A stretch of 64,000 bases of DNA from Planctomycetota bacterium (GTDB lineage Bacteria; Planctomycetota; UBA8108; SXIK01). Numbering within the stretch: position 1 is the stretch's first letter; the number at the start of each line of letters is the position of its first letter. The DNA is taken from NCBI GenBank assembly GCA_965223265.1, contig OZ244999.1, positions 320,001 to 384,000 on the forward strand. Direction: 5' to 3'. Position numbers and translations under genes: made by a program. A model generated the notes under the pieces. The model saw only the letters and a program-made list of their open reading frames with translations. It was not told the DNA's origin and did not search any database. Shown piece by piece: positions 36,186 through 46,942 of this stretch.

Positions 36186-39100
36186 TCACGGGCACGCGGC
36201 ATGCTCGCGACACTCGAGATCGTCTGTCGTGAGATCTACGCCGCAGCTGGCGGCGGGCGCGGGTAGCGGTGGCGCACCGGCAAAGAGACGCAGCAGAATG
36301 CGCACGCCGTCCGAGACGTTGAGGCGACCGTCGTCATTGGCATCGCCGGACTTGAGGCACATTGGCGGCTCAGCACCGCGGAAGAGATAGAGAAGCAGGC
36401 TCATCGCGTCGTCGAGACCGAGCGCTGTATCGGCGTTGACGTCGCCGCGGCGGAACGGCGTCGGCAAGGCGGTGATTTCTTCCTTGGCGAACGTCGTCAC
36501 CTCGACGCTGCTGAGAATGTTGAACTGCTCGTCGAGGTAAAACGCCTCAGCTTGAAGGTTTTCATGCTCGACAGGTGCGTGGAGCTCGAGAGCTCGCACT
36601 GGGGAGGCTTGCCCTTCAACCGTGGCGGCCGGCTCGAACACGACCCAGTAGCTCACATGCTCGTTGTGGCGCGTTGATGAGTAGACCAGCTCCCAATAGT
36701 CCGTAACGCGGCGCTGTGCCCCGTCGATACCGACGACCGCGTCCACCAAGCTTGCCGCTCCGAAGTCTCTAAAGAGTTCCGGACGGAATCGCTCGGTGAG
36801 CTGCGCCGAGTTGCCGTCGGCGAGATCGAAACGGACATCCCATGCGGGCAGTGTGGGGTGACCGCACGCCGAATAAACTACGTCGACGAAACTTTCGCCG
36901 CGCCGAACGTTCGCGCGCAAAAAGACACTATCGGTGAGGGCCTCGGCATCCAAGGTGCGGCTGACGGTGCCGGGCTGAAAGTCTAGCTGCGACAACTCTA
37001 CGCGCAGCTCTTCACCACTCGGTAGCAGGAAGTCTTGGGCATACTCGAAGCGAAAGAAGGATTCGCAGTCGCCCGCGGCGACCCGGCGCACGTTCAGCTC
37101 GCCTGGCCCTTGCGGTGTCGCGAGGGCGCGATCGGGGCCGAAGCGAAGTTCGCCGATGAGCTCGAGAGGCTCGAGCTCAGCATCGGCCGGGAGCCGGAAG
37201 GTGCCCGGCTGCAGCTCGAGCGTGCTCTTGCGCTCGTACTCCTCGCGCACTTCGCGGCCGATGTCGAACATGCCGCACGCCATGGTGCCCGGAGGAATGA
37301 CGAGCTCGAAGGCGGGCGTAGGTGGTTCCGGTGTCGACAACAGGAACGGCCGCACCTGTTTCACCGCCAGCGGGCCGTCGGCTTCAATCTTAAACTCGAG
37401 ATCCAAAACGACGTCGTCGCGCGCGTGTTCGCCTGTGTCGATCGGATAGCTCTGGTCGATGTGCCACAGCAGCGCGCCGAGCTCCTCGAGCTCAGCGTCT
37501 GAAAGCACATGGACACCACGCGGAACGAGCGAAGAGGAGACTGCACGGCGGATACTGACGACGACGCCATCCTGCACGTCGAGAAGATTCTTCTCCGGCA
37601 GCACACCCGGCTCGGGACTGACGACGCTCTCTTCGCCGAGCTGCGCGGTGATGACGTAGCGGCGGTCGAGCGGGTTCGTCGGATTGCCCGTGAAGGCGAC
37701 GCCGTTGACTCGCTCGTCGACGAAAGCGCGATTGACGAGGATGCCCATGGCCGCGATCTCTTGGTCTATGCCGAAGAAGCTCCGTTCTTCATAGGCTCTG
37801 AAGTTCCATAGACTCGACCATACGCGCCGCAGGCCGCGAGCCACGCCGCGCTCGTTCTCACGCGTTGGATCGCAGTGCGACGGTCCCGTCGCATCAGCGT
37901 CGAGGTCATCCTCGGCGCACACCGACGTCGAGTCGTAGAGCCCCGCACCGTTGAACTCGATGGAGTCCTCAAGATTCGACGACGAGCGAAAGCGCACGCG
38001 CGACGTGGTCGTTCCGAAGACCTCGGAGATGCGGCCAGCCAGCTGCTGCACGAGCGCCGGTTCGATAACGCTCTCGGATCGCATATGGTCTCGCAGCCGC
38101 TCGAGCGCGTCGAAGCGAAAGCGAGAGTTGGTCTGAAACTCACCGCTCCCGAGGAGCTCTTCAACGTACTGCTGATAGGTCACGTCGCGAGCCGGGTCAA
38201 GGGCCGACGGCAGCGAGTTGGTCCGCATAAATTCGAGGTAGTAGTGTACCGGGATGGCGAATCCCTGCTCCTGGTACTGCGCGTTCGGTCCGTCCAGCAC
38301 TGTCTGCAGCCGAGCCAGACCGGAGGCTTTACCGCCGAATCGAGACTCTACGGGTGGCGCGCCCGGATCACTGTCCATGACGGCGATTTCCGCCAGAGTG
38401 GGAATCGCGCTGAAGTCGGGATCGAGACTGGGCGAAACGCTCAGCGTCGGACGACTGGACGCCCAAAAAGCCTCGGCGTCTTCCGGCGTCGCAGCGCTGG
38501 CCGCGAGCCCGGCACAGGACACGTCCAGACGGACGAGATGATCGGCCAGTGGCACGAACGTCTCCAGAGCCGTGGCGGAAAACGCGTTCGGCGTGCCGCG
38601 CCGGTTGGTTCGCACCGAGACGTGGCTGAGCTCGCCTTGCGGCTCCGCGGTGACGACGCCGCCGACGACGCCTTCGATGTCGCGCGGCGCATGGTCGAGA
38701 ACGACGATGTCCTGGAAGCTGAGCCCACCGGTTTCGTTGATTTGATCGAAGGCGTCGCGGTCCAGCAGCCGCACGCGCCCGAAGGAGACGCCGAGTGTAT
38801 AAGGTTCGTAGTCGGTCGACGGCGTCGAGGTGACGTCAGTCTGAACGGGAAAACCCGGATCGACCCACTCGCTGGCGACCTCGAGCGCGGCGCGGGAGTT
38901 CGGAAAGTACGCGAAAGGCTCAAGGAGAAAAGCCTCCTTGAGCTTGTTGTAAAGATCTCTGACTTCATTCACCGAGAGTGCCTCAGCGGGATCGTTCCAG
39001 CGTGCGAAGACGCTAAAGCCGAAGACGCGCCCTTCGGCCTTCTGGATCAGCGAGATCGTGCCGACGAAATAGCGTCTAGTGGCTCGGGTCCCGACGAGGT

Positions 39101-41606
39101 CGGTGTAGAGTTTCGGCGTCAAATCAGGAAACTCGTCGGCGAACACGGTCGAGAGAAAGTCCTCGTGAAGTTCGAATCGCCTGGTGTTCTGAAACGTCAC
39201 CCCGGGGAGTGCCGAAGATTCCATCGGGACGGTGAACTTGACGAAACGTCGTACTTCGCCGGTTGCACCCGCGGCTGCTGAGAGTTCGTGAAAGTCGAGT
39301 CCCGTGCAGAGGCGATCGACATAGTCGACCTCAAGCGGGCGCGGGGTCGTGTTGGTGAGCATCGTGAGCGAGCCGCCACCGCGGTCGACGGTCACGACGT
39401 CGACGTCGCCGTCCCCGTCCATGTCGGCGGGCATTGCGAAACGAAGACCGACACCGGCATTGAAGACGATCGGATGGAGGAATAATCCCTGGCCGTTTCC
39501 CAGCAAGACGGATACTGTCGCTCGACCCTCGTTAGCGGTGACCAGATCGAGAAAACCATCGCTGTCGACGTCGGCGACTTCGATCGAATAACCGCCATGC
39601 TCGGTGGTGTAGTCCAGAGGCGGATCGAACGTACCGTTGCCGCGGTTGAGGAAGACCGAGGCAAGAACTCGCGCCTGGTTCGAGGTGACGAGATCGACAT
39701 CTCCGTCGCCATCGACGTCGCCGCTCGCGATGTGGCCCGCGGGAGCCGTCGCCTCGTACTCGCGAACATCTTCGAACGTGCCGTCGCCACGGTTGATGAG
39801 CACCGAGATATGTGTCGCCGCTTCGTTAGCGGTCGCGATGTCGGGCCAGTCGTCGCCATCGAGGTCGACAGCAACGGCAGCTTTGGGACGCGAGCCGACG
39901 CGATATTGGACGTGCGACCCGAGGGATCCCGAGCCGTCGCCGAAGAGAACCGACACGACCGACTGACCTTGGTTTGAAGTGACCGTGTCGAGGTTGCCGT
40001 CACGGTCGAAGTCGGCGAGCTTGATGTTGATCGGTGCGCCGCCGACGAGTATTCGCTCTGGTGGCAAGTAACCGTTGTTGTCGTCGGCGATGTGCACCCA
40101 AACGTGATGGTCCAGATTGTCGCAGGTGACCGCGTCGGGACGACCGTCGTGGTTGAGGTCGCCGACAGCGACCGATTGCGGGTGCTCACCTCCGAAGTTG
40201 TACCCGCGCTCCATCTCGAAGACGCCGTCGTTGTTACGAAGGGTGGAGAAGGTCCCAGTGTGCGTACTGCAGCCAACTGCATCAAGATCGCCGTCCGCGT
40301 CGACATCGGCGACGATCCCAGAGTGCGGCCGGCCGGTCGCCGGGAACGTTTTCGAATCGAAGCTCAAAAAAGTCCTGTCGCCGCTCCAGAGGAAATGAAC
40401 TGCGCGCGGGATTGAGGTTGTGAGCGCGAGGTCGGTGACGCCGTCATCGTTGAAATCTTCGCCGGCAAGCGACGTCGGCACAGTGGGGAATAGGCCGGGG
40501 CGAACTCCGACTGAGAAGCCGCCAACGCCGTCGTTGAGTAGCACCAGGATCGTGCTCGGATCGGGAACGGTGCTGATCACGATGTCGGGACTGCCATCTC
40601 CGTTGAAGTCGTCAATCTCCAAGGATCGTGGCACTCGTGCAGCGTAGGGGACAGGAGTCAGAAACTCACCGTCGCCACGATTGAGGAGGACATAGACCGC
40701 TCTCGAGGTCGTCACAACGAGGTCCGGCGCAGAGTCGTGGTTGAGGTCCACCGCTCGTCCGAAAGAGGGAAACGACCCATCCAAGGGATAGCTGACTGGA
40801 TCGTCGAGCCGGTTGCCACGGTTGAGGACTACCGAAACGTCCCGCGAGTTGCGATTGATCGTGTAGACGTCAACCGTGCCGTCGCCGTCGAAATCTGCTG
40901 TGCCAGCGTCCCGGGGATTTTCGCCGACGGGATACTCGGTGGACGCCCCGAACGTGCCGTCGCCTAGGTTCGGCAGAACGGAGACGGTGTTTTCGCTGCG
41001 ATTGGCCGCGACGATGTCCGGCAGGCCGTCACCAGTGATGTCGCCAACGGTTGCGTAGCGAGCATCGAAGGCACTCGGGTAGTGAACGGCGGCTTCAAAC
41101 GCGCCGCCACCGGCGCCTTTGAGCACGATCGTGTCAAGAAACGCGCCGACGACGAGATCCGGGAGCGCGTCGGAATCGAGGTGAGCAGCGGTGAGAGTGT
41201 AGGCGGGAGCTGCGACTTCGATCACATCGAGAGCGATGAACTCGCGGTCTCCGGCGTTCAGAAAGACCGCCACACTGGCCATATCGTTTTCGCGCGTGAG
41301 CGCGACCAAGTCGGCTCGGGTATCAGCGTTGAGATCGATCGCCACCGTCACACGAGGAGGCTGTTCGAGCTCAAGAACTTGAGTGCCACGGCCGAGTTGG
41401 ATGGGAATGTCTTCGCACTCATCGGGGACTGAGTTGGCATTACAGTCGTCGCTCGTCGCTTGGAGGACGTCATCGACATCCTCGATGCCGTTTTGGTTAC
41501 AGTCGTCTGCGGCAATGCGGGAGCCGCTCGCCGCGCAGCAGATTACGAACAAGAACCAAATCGCCGAGCGGACCGCGGTCGTCTTCAGCGGCGTGCCGTC
41601 CATCAT
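36186..41606 (-). CDS. Large secreted protein: FG-GAP/VCBS repeats + PEP-utiliser His-swivel and ATP-grasp (PPDK_N) domains + dockerin-like tail
   Basis: Signal peptide, DCNxNxxxD repeats, more than ten D.DGDG..D.(V/L) repeats; GVVT....ELSHV.VR...RGTP; FGGKA..L, GFAIP, RSSSN.ED...FNGAGLY.S, VW.SLW..RA; FRRGDVNAD...D..D.N.DGRLN.SD. Confidence 0.88.
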   Translation of the reverse strand: MMDGTPLKTTAVRSAIWFLFVICCAASGSRIAADDCNQNGIEDVDDVLQATSDDCNANSVPDECEDIPIQLGRGTQVLELEQPPRVTVAIDLNADTRADLVALTRENDMASVAVFLNAGDREFIALDVIEVAAPAYTLTAAHLDSDALPDLVVGAFLDTIVLKGAGGGAFEAAVHYPSAFDARYATVGDITGDGLPDIVAANRSENTVSVLPNLGDGTFGASTEYPVGENPRDAGTADFDGDGTVDVYTINRNSRDVSVVLNRGNRLDDPVSYPLDGSFPSFGRAVDLNHDSAPDLVVTTSRAVYVLLNRGDGEFLTPVPYAARVPRSLEIDDFNGDGSPDIVISTVPDPSTILVLLNDGVGGFSVGVRPGLFPTVPTSLAGEDFNDDGVTDLALTTSIPRAVHFLWSGDRTFLSFDSKTFPATGRPHSGIVADVDADGDLDAVGCSTHTGTFSTLRNNDGVFEMERGYNFGGEHPQSVAVGDLNHDGRPDAVTCDNLDHHVWVHIADDNNGYLPPERILVGGAPINIKLADFDRDGNLDTVTSNQGQSVVSVLFGDGSGSLGSHVQYRVGSRPKAAVAVDLDGDDWPDIATANEAATHISVLINRGDGTFEDVREYEATAPAGHIASGDVDGDGDVDLVTSNQARVLASVFLNRGNGTFDPPLDYTTEHGGYSIEVADVDSDGFLDLVTANEGRATVSVLLGNGQGLFLHPIVFNAGVGLRFAMPADMDGDGDVDVVTVDRGGGSLTMLTNTTPRPLEVDYVDRLCTGLDFHELSAAAGATGEVRRFVKFTVPMESSALPGVTFQNTRRFELHEDFLSTVFADEFPDLTPKLYTDLVGTRATRRYFVGTISLIQKAEGRVFGFSVFARWNDPAEALSVNEVRDLYNKLKEAFLLEPFAYFPNSRAALEVASEWVDPGFPVQTDVTSTPSTDYEPYTLGVSFGRVRLLDRDAFDQINETGGLSFQDIVVLDHAPRDIEGVVGGVVTAEPQGELSHVSVRTNRRGTPNAFSATALETFVPLADHLVRLDVSCAGLAASAATPEDAEAFWASSRPTLSVSPSLDPDFSAIPTLAEIAVMDSDPGAPPVESRFGGKASGLARLQTVLDGPNAQYQEQGFAIPVHYYLEFMRTNSLPSALDPARDVTYQQYVEELLGSGEFQTNSRFRFDALERLRDHMRSESVIEPALVQQLAGRISEVFGTTTSRVRFRSSSNLEDSIEFNGAGLYDSTSVCAEDDLDADATGPSHCDPTRENERGVARGLRRVWSSLWNFRAYEERSFFGIDQEIAAMGILVNRAFVDERVNGVAFTGNPTNPLDRRYVITAQLGEESVVSPEPGVLPEKNLLDVQDGVVVSIRRAVSSSLVPRGVHVLSDAELEELGALLWHIDQSYPIDTGEHARDDVVLDLEFKIEADGPLAVKQVRPFLLSTPEPPTPAFELVIPPGTMACGMFDIGREVREEYERKSTLELQPGTFRLPADAELEPLELIGELRFGPDRALATPQGPGELNVRRVAAGDCESFFRFEYAQDFLLPSGEELRVELSQLDFQPGTVSRTLDAEALTDSVFLRANVRRGESFVDVVYSACGHPTLPAWDVRFDLADGNSAQLTERFRPELFRDFGAASLVDAVVGIDGAQRRVTDYWELVYSSTRHNEHVSYWVVFEPAATVEGQASPVRALELHAPVEHENLQAEAFYLDEQFNILSSVEVTTFAKEEITALPTPFRRGDVNADTALGLDDAMSLLLYLFRGAEPPMCLKSGDANDDGRLNVSDGVRILLRLFAGAPPLPAPAASCGVDLTTDDLECREHAACP

Positions 41607-41699
41607 TGCGAGCCTCTCTGTCTCGGGGTCGAACGTCAACTCTCTCCACGCTCCAGGATGAGGCGAATCGTCGACAGAGTACAGAAAGAACTTGTCGGC

Positions 41700-42929
41700 T
41701 CAGCGCGTGGTCAGATAGGGAACGAGCCGCACGCGACGAAGATCCATCACCGCCCCCTTCGCCTTGCGGATCGGACGTACCGAAAGACGGTAGTCTCCTG
41801 CGCGCGTGATTTCGATCGACCCGATGATGCGGGGTACGAAGTTTTGGAAGTGTCCGGTTTCTTCGACGACGAATCGCAGCGACTGTTCGCCGATCGTCAG
41901 GGTGACTTCACTCCCGCCGGCGCGCGCACCGCACCCCTGAAGGATTTCGACACCAAACGTTCGCGGCTGGTGCACGCGGAAGTCCCAAGAGGCCCAATCG
42001 GTTGGGTTGACCCAGTATCCGAGCGTGTCCTTGTGTCGTTTCGGCTCATACTGGAGTTTCGTGCCGTGGACCGTTGCGTCACGGGCGTGGCAGGTGATCG
42101 AGTCGTCTTCCGCTTGCGTGACCGCTCTCCCCTCGCTCGTGGGGCGCAGGGTAATCGCCTTGAGATTCATTACCGCGACGCCAACTTTTTTCGTGCAGCG
42201 CACCGCGACGTCGTACTCCCCGCGCGGCTTATCGAGGTAGAGCCGGCCCAAGTCGATCGTCGTGTACTTGTACCAGCTCCCGGTCGCTGGCAGCTCGCCG
42301 TGCAGCGTCCGCTCTCCAAACTCCAGATCGAACTGTGTGCCGTCTTCGCCGGCGGCGGAGTAGGTCAGTTCGACGCGGTACATGCCGGGCCGGCTCGCCA
42401 TGTACGTCCAGTGGACCGTGTCAGCACTGTTCGTCCAAAACCCGATTCGGTGGTTGCCGGGGTGAGTTTCAAGCTTCGCCCGTGTGCCCTCGACGCGGGC
42501 GTCAAGCGCCGAGAGCACGATGCGGCCGTCGCCAAACTGCCGAGTCTTCTCGACAGTTTCGAAGCGCAAGCGTCGATCGTTGCCGCCGGCAGGTGACTCG
42601 GGACGATGCAGTGAAATGCTCGTCGCGTCCGCGCTGAACTCGAGCATGAGCTGCCCGCGCTCTGGGTCGTCAGTACAATACGCTCTCGAGAGATTGGGAA
42701 AGGGGGTCGGAAGCACGATGCGGCCGTCGCGTGGCCAAGCATCGATCTCGACGTCGTAAATCTCGAGCTCGGAGTCGTGGGTCAGGCGGCCCCAATCCGT
42801 AGTCATGACCGTTTGTGCTCCGGCGGCTATCCCTTCAGCCTCTAAGAAGGAGGTCGCGCTGCTGACCCCGACAGCGACAACGATGGCGGTGGCGAATGCG
42901 ACAAAGGAAGCGAGAATCCCCGTGTGCAT
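41700..42929 (-). CDS. Secreted protein with two carbohydrate-binding-like (CBM6/DUF5077-like) beta-sandwich domains
   Basis: Signal peptide; tandem I.L.A.DA.V.G....E......(I/L)G(F/Y)W.N..D...W......PG...VE repeats. Confidence 0.7.
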   Translation of the reverse strand: MHTGILASFVAFATAIVVAVGVSSATSFLEAEGIAAGAQTVMTTDWGRLTHDSELEIYDVEIDAWPRDGRIVLPTPFPNLSRAYCTDDPERGQLMLEFSADATSISLHRPESPAGGNDRRLRFETVEKTRQFGDGRIVLSALDARVEGTRAKLETHPGNHRIGFWTNSADTVHWTYMASRPGMYRVELTYSAAGEDGTQFDLEFGERTLHGELPATGSWYKYTTIDLGRLYLDKPRGEYDVAVRCTKKVGVAVMNLKAITLRPTSEGRAVTQAEDDSITCHARDATVHGTKLQYEPKRHKDTLGYWVNPTDWASWDFRVHQPRTFGVEILQGCGARAGGSEVTLTIGEQSLRFVVEETGHFQNFVPRIIGSIEITRAGDYRLSVRPIRKAKGAVMDLRRVRLVPYLTTR

Positions 42930-43208
42930 GTGTCCCAGTCTCTTGGTTGCGTGTGAGCGGTCAGGTGCCGGCTGCGAAGACTTGTGTCGGCAGGCTTCTC
43001 CGCAGCACCGCACCGTCGACCCGCGGTGCGTCTCCCCAGTCGACCACGACTTGCGGCGTCACACAAGTTGGAACGCCGTCATGGGAGAGTTGTCGCCACG
43101 AGTTGATACCGGATTGGAGGCGATCGAGTGCACGTGGTGAAGACCACCACGATCTGCTACGATTCCATACCTCGGGCGATTCGCACACGGGTGCTCGGAA
43201 GGAGAATC

Positions 43209-44033
43209 ATGATGAAGCGTAACGTATTCTCGATCGGCATGTTCTTGTTCAGCGTCGTGATCGCCGCTGCTTCGGTGCTGCCGCTTCGCGGCGATGAAGT
43301 GCCGGCGCTGAAGGGGTTGATTGTTTCCGGTGGCTGCTGCCACGACTATCCGAACCAGGACCAAATCGTCTCCAAGCGGCTGAGCGAACGCGTCCGGATC
43401 GAGTTCGATATCGTCCGCGCCAGCGGCACGAGTCGAAAAACGCGTCTGCAGTTTTACGAGAAGGAAAACTGGGCCGAGGGCTATGACGTCGTCATCCACA
43501 ACGAGTGTTTTGGTGGCATCACCGACGTCAAGTACGTCGAACGTATCGCCAAGGCTCACTTCGACGGCGTGCCAGGCATCATGATCCACTGTTCGGCGCA
43601 CAGCTACCGGCACGCAGCAACTGACGAGTGGCGCAAGTGCATGGGCGTATCATCCTTTAGTCACGAGAAGCACCGACCGGTGACCGTGAACGTGCTTGAG
43701 TCGAAGCACCCGATCATGAAAGGGTTCCCGTCGGCGTGGAAAACACCGAACGGCGAGCTCTACAAGATAGAGAAGCTGTGGCCGCAGGCGGTGCCACTCG
43801 CCAAGGCGTATGGTGAGGACACAAAGAAGGACCATGTGGTGATCTGGACCAACACGTACGGCTCCGGCCGGATCTTCGCCACGACGTTGGGCCATCATAA
43901 CGAGACGATCGAGCACGAGGTGTACATGAATATGATGGCACGCGGTGTCTTGTGGGCGTGCGACAAGCTCGACAAGAACGGCGATCCACTCGCCGCGTAC
44001 GTCGTCGAGCCGAAGAAGGAGAGGAAGAAGTAG
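43209..44033 (+). CDS. ThuA-like (class I GATase-like) domain protein, secreted
   Basis: GGCCHDY, YDVV.HNEC, IHC.AHSYR, HPIMKG....W.TP.GELY, WTN.YG.GRIF.TTLGH. Confidence 0.88.
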   Translation: MMKRNVFSIGMFLFSVVIAAASVLPLRGDEVPALKGLIVSGGCCHDYPNQDQIVSKRLSERVRIEFDIVRASGTSRKTRLQFYEKENWAEGYDVVIHNECFGGITDVKYVERIAKAHFDGVPGIMIHCSAHSYRHAATDEWRKCMGVSSFSHEKHRPVTVNVLESKHPIMKGFPSAWKTPNGELYKIEKLWPQAVPLAKAYGEDTKKDHVVIWTNTYGSGRIFATTLGHHNETIEHEVYMNMMARGVLWACDKLDKNGDPLAAYVVEPKKERKK

Positions 44034-44070
44034 TCGGGCTCGAGGCGTGTAAGAGTGCAGGAGGTCGGAC

Positions 44071-45396
44071 GTGAGAATCCTTCGTTACCCGAAAGTCCGT
44101 CTCGTGGCTGTCTGGATTGTCCTCGGAGGGCTGGCTGCCGCATTCTCCGCTACGGCGATCGCGGCCGAAGAAGAGAAGCCAAACATTGTTTTCATCCTCG
44201 CTGATGACGTCGGTCAGGAGGTTCTGGGTTCCTATGGCGGTACGTCATACGCGACCCCACGGTTGGATCGCTTGGCGGCTCAAGGCATCCGTTTCCAGCA
44301 CTGCTACAGCATGCCGGTTTGTCATCCGTCGCGGATTTGCCTGCTGACCGGTCGCTATCCGTTTCGAATCAACGATCCTCGTTGGGGGAGCTTTCCGTCG
44401 CATGAGGAGCAGAATTCTCTCGCGTCGGTCCTCAAGCGAGCTGGCTACGCGACGGCCGTTGCCGGCAAATGGCAGCTGGCGCTTCTCAAGAACGACTTGG
44501 AGCAGCCTCATCGTCTGGGTTTCGACGACTACTGCCTGTTCGGTTGGCACGAGGGGCCGCGTTACTATCAGCCACACATCTGGCAGAACGGGGAGCTGCG
44601 CAAGGACGTTCGCTCTCGCTACGGACCCGATGTCTACACCGATTTCTTGATCGATTTTATCGAGCGGCACAAAGAGAAGCCTTTCTTCGCCTTCTACTCC
44701 ATGGCGCTTTGTCACGATGTGACGGACGACCTGAAAGAGCCGGTGCCCCTAGGTCCAAAAGGACGTTACGACTCTTACAAAGAGATGGCTGAGGCGATGG
44801 ACGAGCGAGTCGGTCGTCTTGTCGACGCGCTGGAGCGACTCGAGCTGACCGAGAAGACCATCGTCGTCTTTACGACCGACAACGGCACCCCGGTACGGTA
44901 CATCTACACAGCTGAAGGCGATCAGCTCTTGAGGCAGCCGGTGATCTCGAAGCGTTTCGACGCGGATGTCCATGGCGGCAAGGGCTCGCTCCGCGACGCC
45001 GGCACACGAGTTCCACTCATCGTCTTTCGACCGGGGACGATACCGTTCGGTCGCGTCGTCGACGATCTCGTCGATTTCAGCGATTTCTTGCCGACGTTCG
45101 TTGAGGTCGCTTCAGCGTCTTTGCCACGTGGGGTGCGATTGGATGGCGTCAGTTTCGCGTCACGCTTGACCGGAGGCGGAGCCGGCGGCCGCACGTGGGC
45201 TTTCGCGCAGTCGAGGCGCGGCCAGTTCTTTGTCCGCACGCAGCGCTGGAAGCTCTACAACGATGGGCGATTTTTCGACGCCGCGGTCGACCCCCTCGAG
45301 AGGCAAGCCGTCGATGCCAGGGCGCTCACTCCGGAAGCGAGCACCGTGCGTACGCAGCTTCTCGCGGCGCTCGATGAGCTCAAGAAGGAAGAGTAG
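44071..45396 (+). CDS. Arylsulfatase-like sulfatase
   Basis: KPNIVFILADD, CHPSR..LLTGRY (CxPxR), GKWQL, F.TDNG, G.RVPLI, DFSDFLPT. Confidence 0.93.
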   Translation: MRILRYPKVRLVAVWIVLGGLAAAFSATAIAAEEEKPNIVFILADDVGQEVLGSYGGTSYATPRLDRLAAQGIRFQHCYSMPVCHPSRICLLTGRYPFRINDPRWGSFPSHEEQNSLASVLKRAGYATAVAGKWQLALLKNDLEQPHRLGFDDYCLFGWHEGPRYYQPHIWQNGELRKDVRSRYGPDVYTDFLIDFIERHKEKPFFAFYSMALCHDVTDDLKEPVPLGPKGRYDSYKEMAEAMDERVGRLVDALERLELTEKTIVVFTTDNGTPVRYIYTAEGDQLLRQPVISKRFDADVHGGKGSLRDAGTRVPLIVFRPGTIPFGRVVDDLVDFSDFLPTFVEVASASLPRGVRLDGVSFASRLTGGGAGGRTWAFAQSRRGQFFVRTQRWKLYNDGRFFDAAVDPLERQAVDARALTPEASTVRTQLLAALDELKKEE

Positions 45397-45535
45397 AGAG
45401 GCGAGCCGATGACGCGTGGGACCCTTCGTTTGCGCACGCGCGCGTCGTCGCGCGCTCACGTCGGATGGAAACAGCGCATGGGGCGAAATCGACTCGTCTT
45501 CTTATGCAATCCAACTCGCTGGCTGCCGTACTTGA

Positions 45536-45988
45536 TCAACTCGTGCGTTTCTTCTTCTTGTGTGCCTTGTGACAGGCGCCGCACGCAGCAGTCATAGCCT
45601 TGAAGCTCTTTTTGGCGGCTTCCAGATCCTTCGCCTCGGCCGCCTTGACGACGTTGGCGCTCTCGGACCTCAGCACTCCCTTGGCGGCGTTTGCCCAGGT
45701 ACCGTCTGGGCAGCGCCCGTCTTCCATCAGCACGAAGCTCGCTTCGTTGAGCAGCGACGCCTGTTCGGCAACAAGGTCCCACGCCTTCTTGTCGCTCGGT
45801 CCGGCGTCCAGGCTCTTTTTGAGCGCGCCGCACTGCGCGCCGACAAGGCCGCGCATGAGATGGCGTGTCTGCAGTACGCGTGTCTTTCCCTTCGTTACCT
45901 GTGCGCTCATGATACCGGCAAAGATGACCGCGACGATCACCACAGACCCCGTCAGAAGGCGAGCAGAACATTTCCGTCTCTCGAGCAT
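45536..45988 (-). CDS. Class II (c'-like) cytochrome c
   Basis: Signal peptide, helical body, C-terminal CGACHKAH heme motif; start moved to ATG 45988. Confidence 0.8.
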   Translation of the reverse strand: MLERRKCSARLLTGSVVIVAVIFAGIMSAQVTKGKTRVLQTRHLMRGLVGAQCGALKKSLDAGPSDKKAWDLVAEQASLLNEASFVLMEDGRCPDGTWANAAKGVLRSESANVVKAAEAKDLEAAKKSFKAMTAACGACHKAHKKKKRTS

Positions 45989-46341
45989 GCGACCTCTCCC
46001 GAACGTGTGACCCAGTACGACGAAACGCGCTCGACGGGAAAAATCTCCCGCCGCCGCGAGTATTTTCGCGTACGAAACTCCCTCGTCCCCCGAGAAGACG
46101 GCGAGTCCTCCCGGGGAAACCAATGAACGCGTGAATGATCTCTGGGGAAGCGCTGAGCTGCAACAATGAGACCACTGCGCAAGATTTCTTGCGCTCTGCC
46201 GCCGGTCGCGCGAACGTTTCGGTTCGCCAGAAAGGCTGGGGTTGGGCTCGGCCGTCACCGACGGTGGCAGACAAACGCCTTGCGCGCCCCCAGTTTTTCT
46301 GTCACGTTTGGAACTTTCCTGACTTTCAACGAGTGCAAACA

Positions 46342-46896
46342 ATGGACGAACAGATCCGCCACTTGACTGATTTTTTTCGTCGCCAGGGGGCCGACTCTAT
46401 TCCCCACGCTGGCGAGAAGCCCTACCTGGCTCACGCCATCGGCGTCTACAGCGATCTCAAGTCTTGGGGCTGCGATCGGGATTTGTGTCTTGCGGGACTA
46501 TTCCACTCGGTCTATGGCACCCAGTCGTTTCAAAAGTTCGCGTTTCCGCTCGAGCGGCGCAGCGAGATCGAGGATCTCATTGGGCGGCGTGCCGAACAGC
46601 TCGTCTACTGGAACTGCGTCATGGATCGAGCTGCGTTTGATGAAAGCATTCAGCAGACCAGCGGGCCTTACGTCGTTGTGAACCGGATCACGGGTGAGCG
46701 CATCGACCTCGAAGATTCCGAGTTCGACCGTCTCGTCACACTACACCTGTGCGATTGGCTCGAACAAGTGGCACGTTCGGCTGAGTGGGATTACCGTCGC
46801 GCGGCCTATCGCCAGATGGCAGAGCGCCTCGGGGGAGTTGCCTTGGAAGCGCAGAGGCGCGTTTACAGTGGTCACGAAGCCGCGAAGTCGAGCTAA
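46342..46896 (+). CDS. DUF6817 / HD-like protein
   Basis: GA..IPH.....LAH..GV...L..WG....C.AGLFHSVYGT..F, LIG..AE.LVY..C. Confidence 0.8.
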   Translation: MDEQIRHLTDFFRRQGADSIPHAGEKPYLAHAIGVYSDLKSWGCDRDLCLAGLFHSVYGTQSFQKFAFPLERRSEIEDLIGRRAEQLVYWNCVMDRAAFDESIQQTSGPYVVVNRITGERIDLEDSEFDRLVTLHLCDWLEQVARSAEWDYRRAAYRQMAERLGGVALEAQRRVYSGHEAAKSS

Positions 46897-46942
46897 CAGC
46901 CGCGCCAGTTTTTGCGGACGATGATCCAGAGGTCCAGTTCCC

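Noticed and set aside
37875-39281. 468-aa plus-strand ORF (likewise 28725-29888, 32324-33415, 41460-42596, 11823-12800)
   Set aside because: Antisense shadows of well-supported genes.
45989-46342. Long N-terminal extensions of the cytochrome c and DUF6817 ORFs
   Set aside because: They overlap each other on opposite strands; downstream ATGs give a proper signal peptide and domain start.
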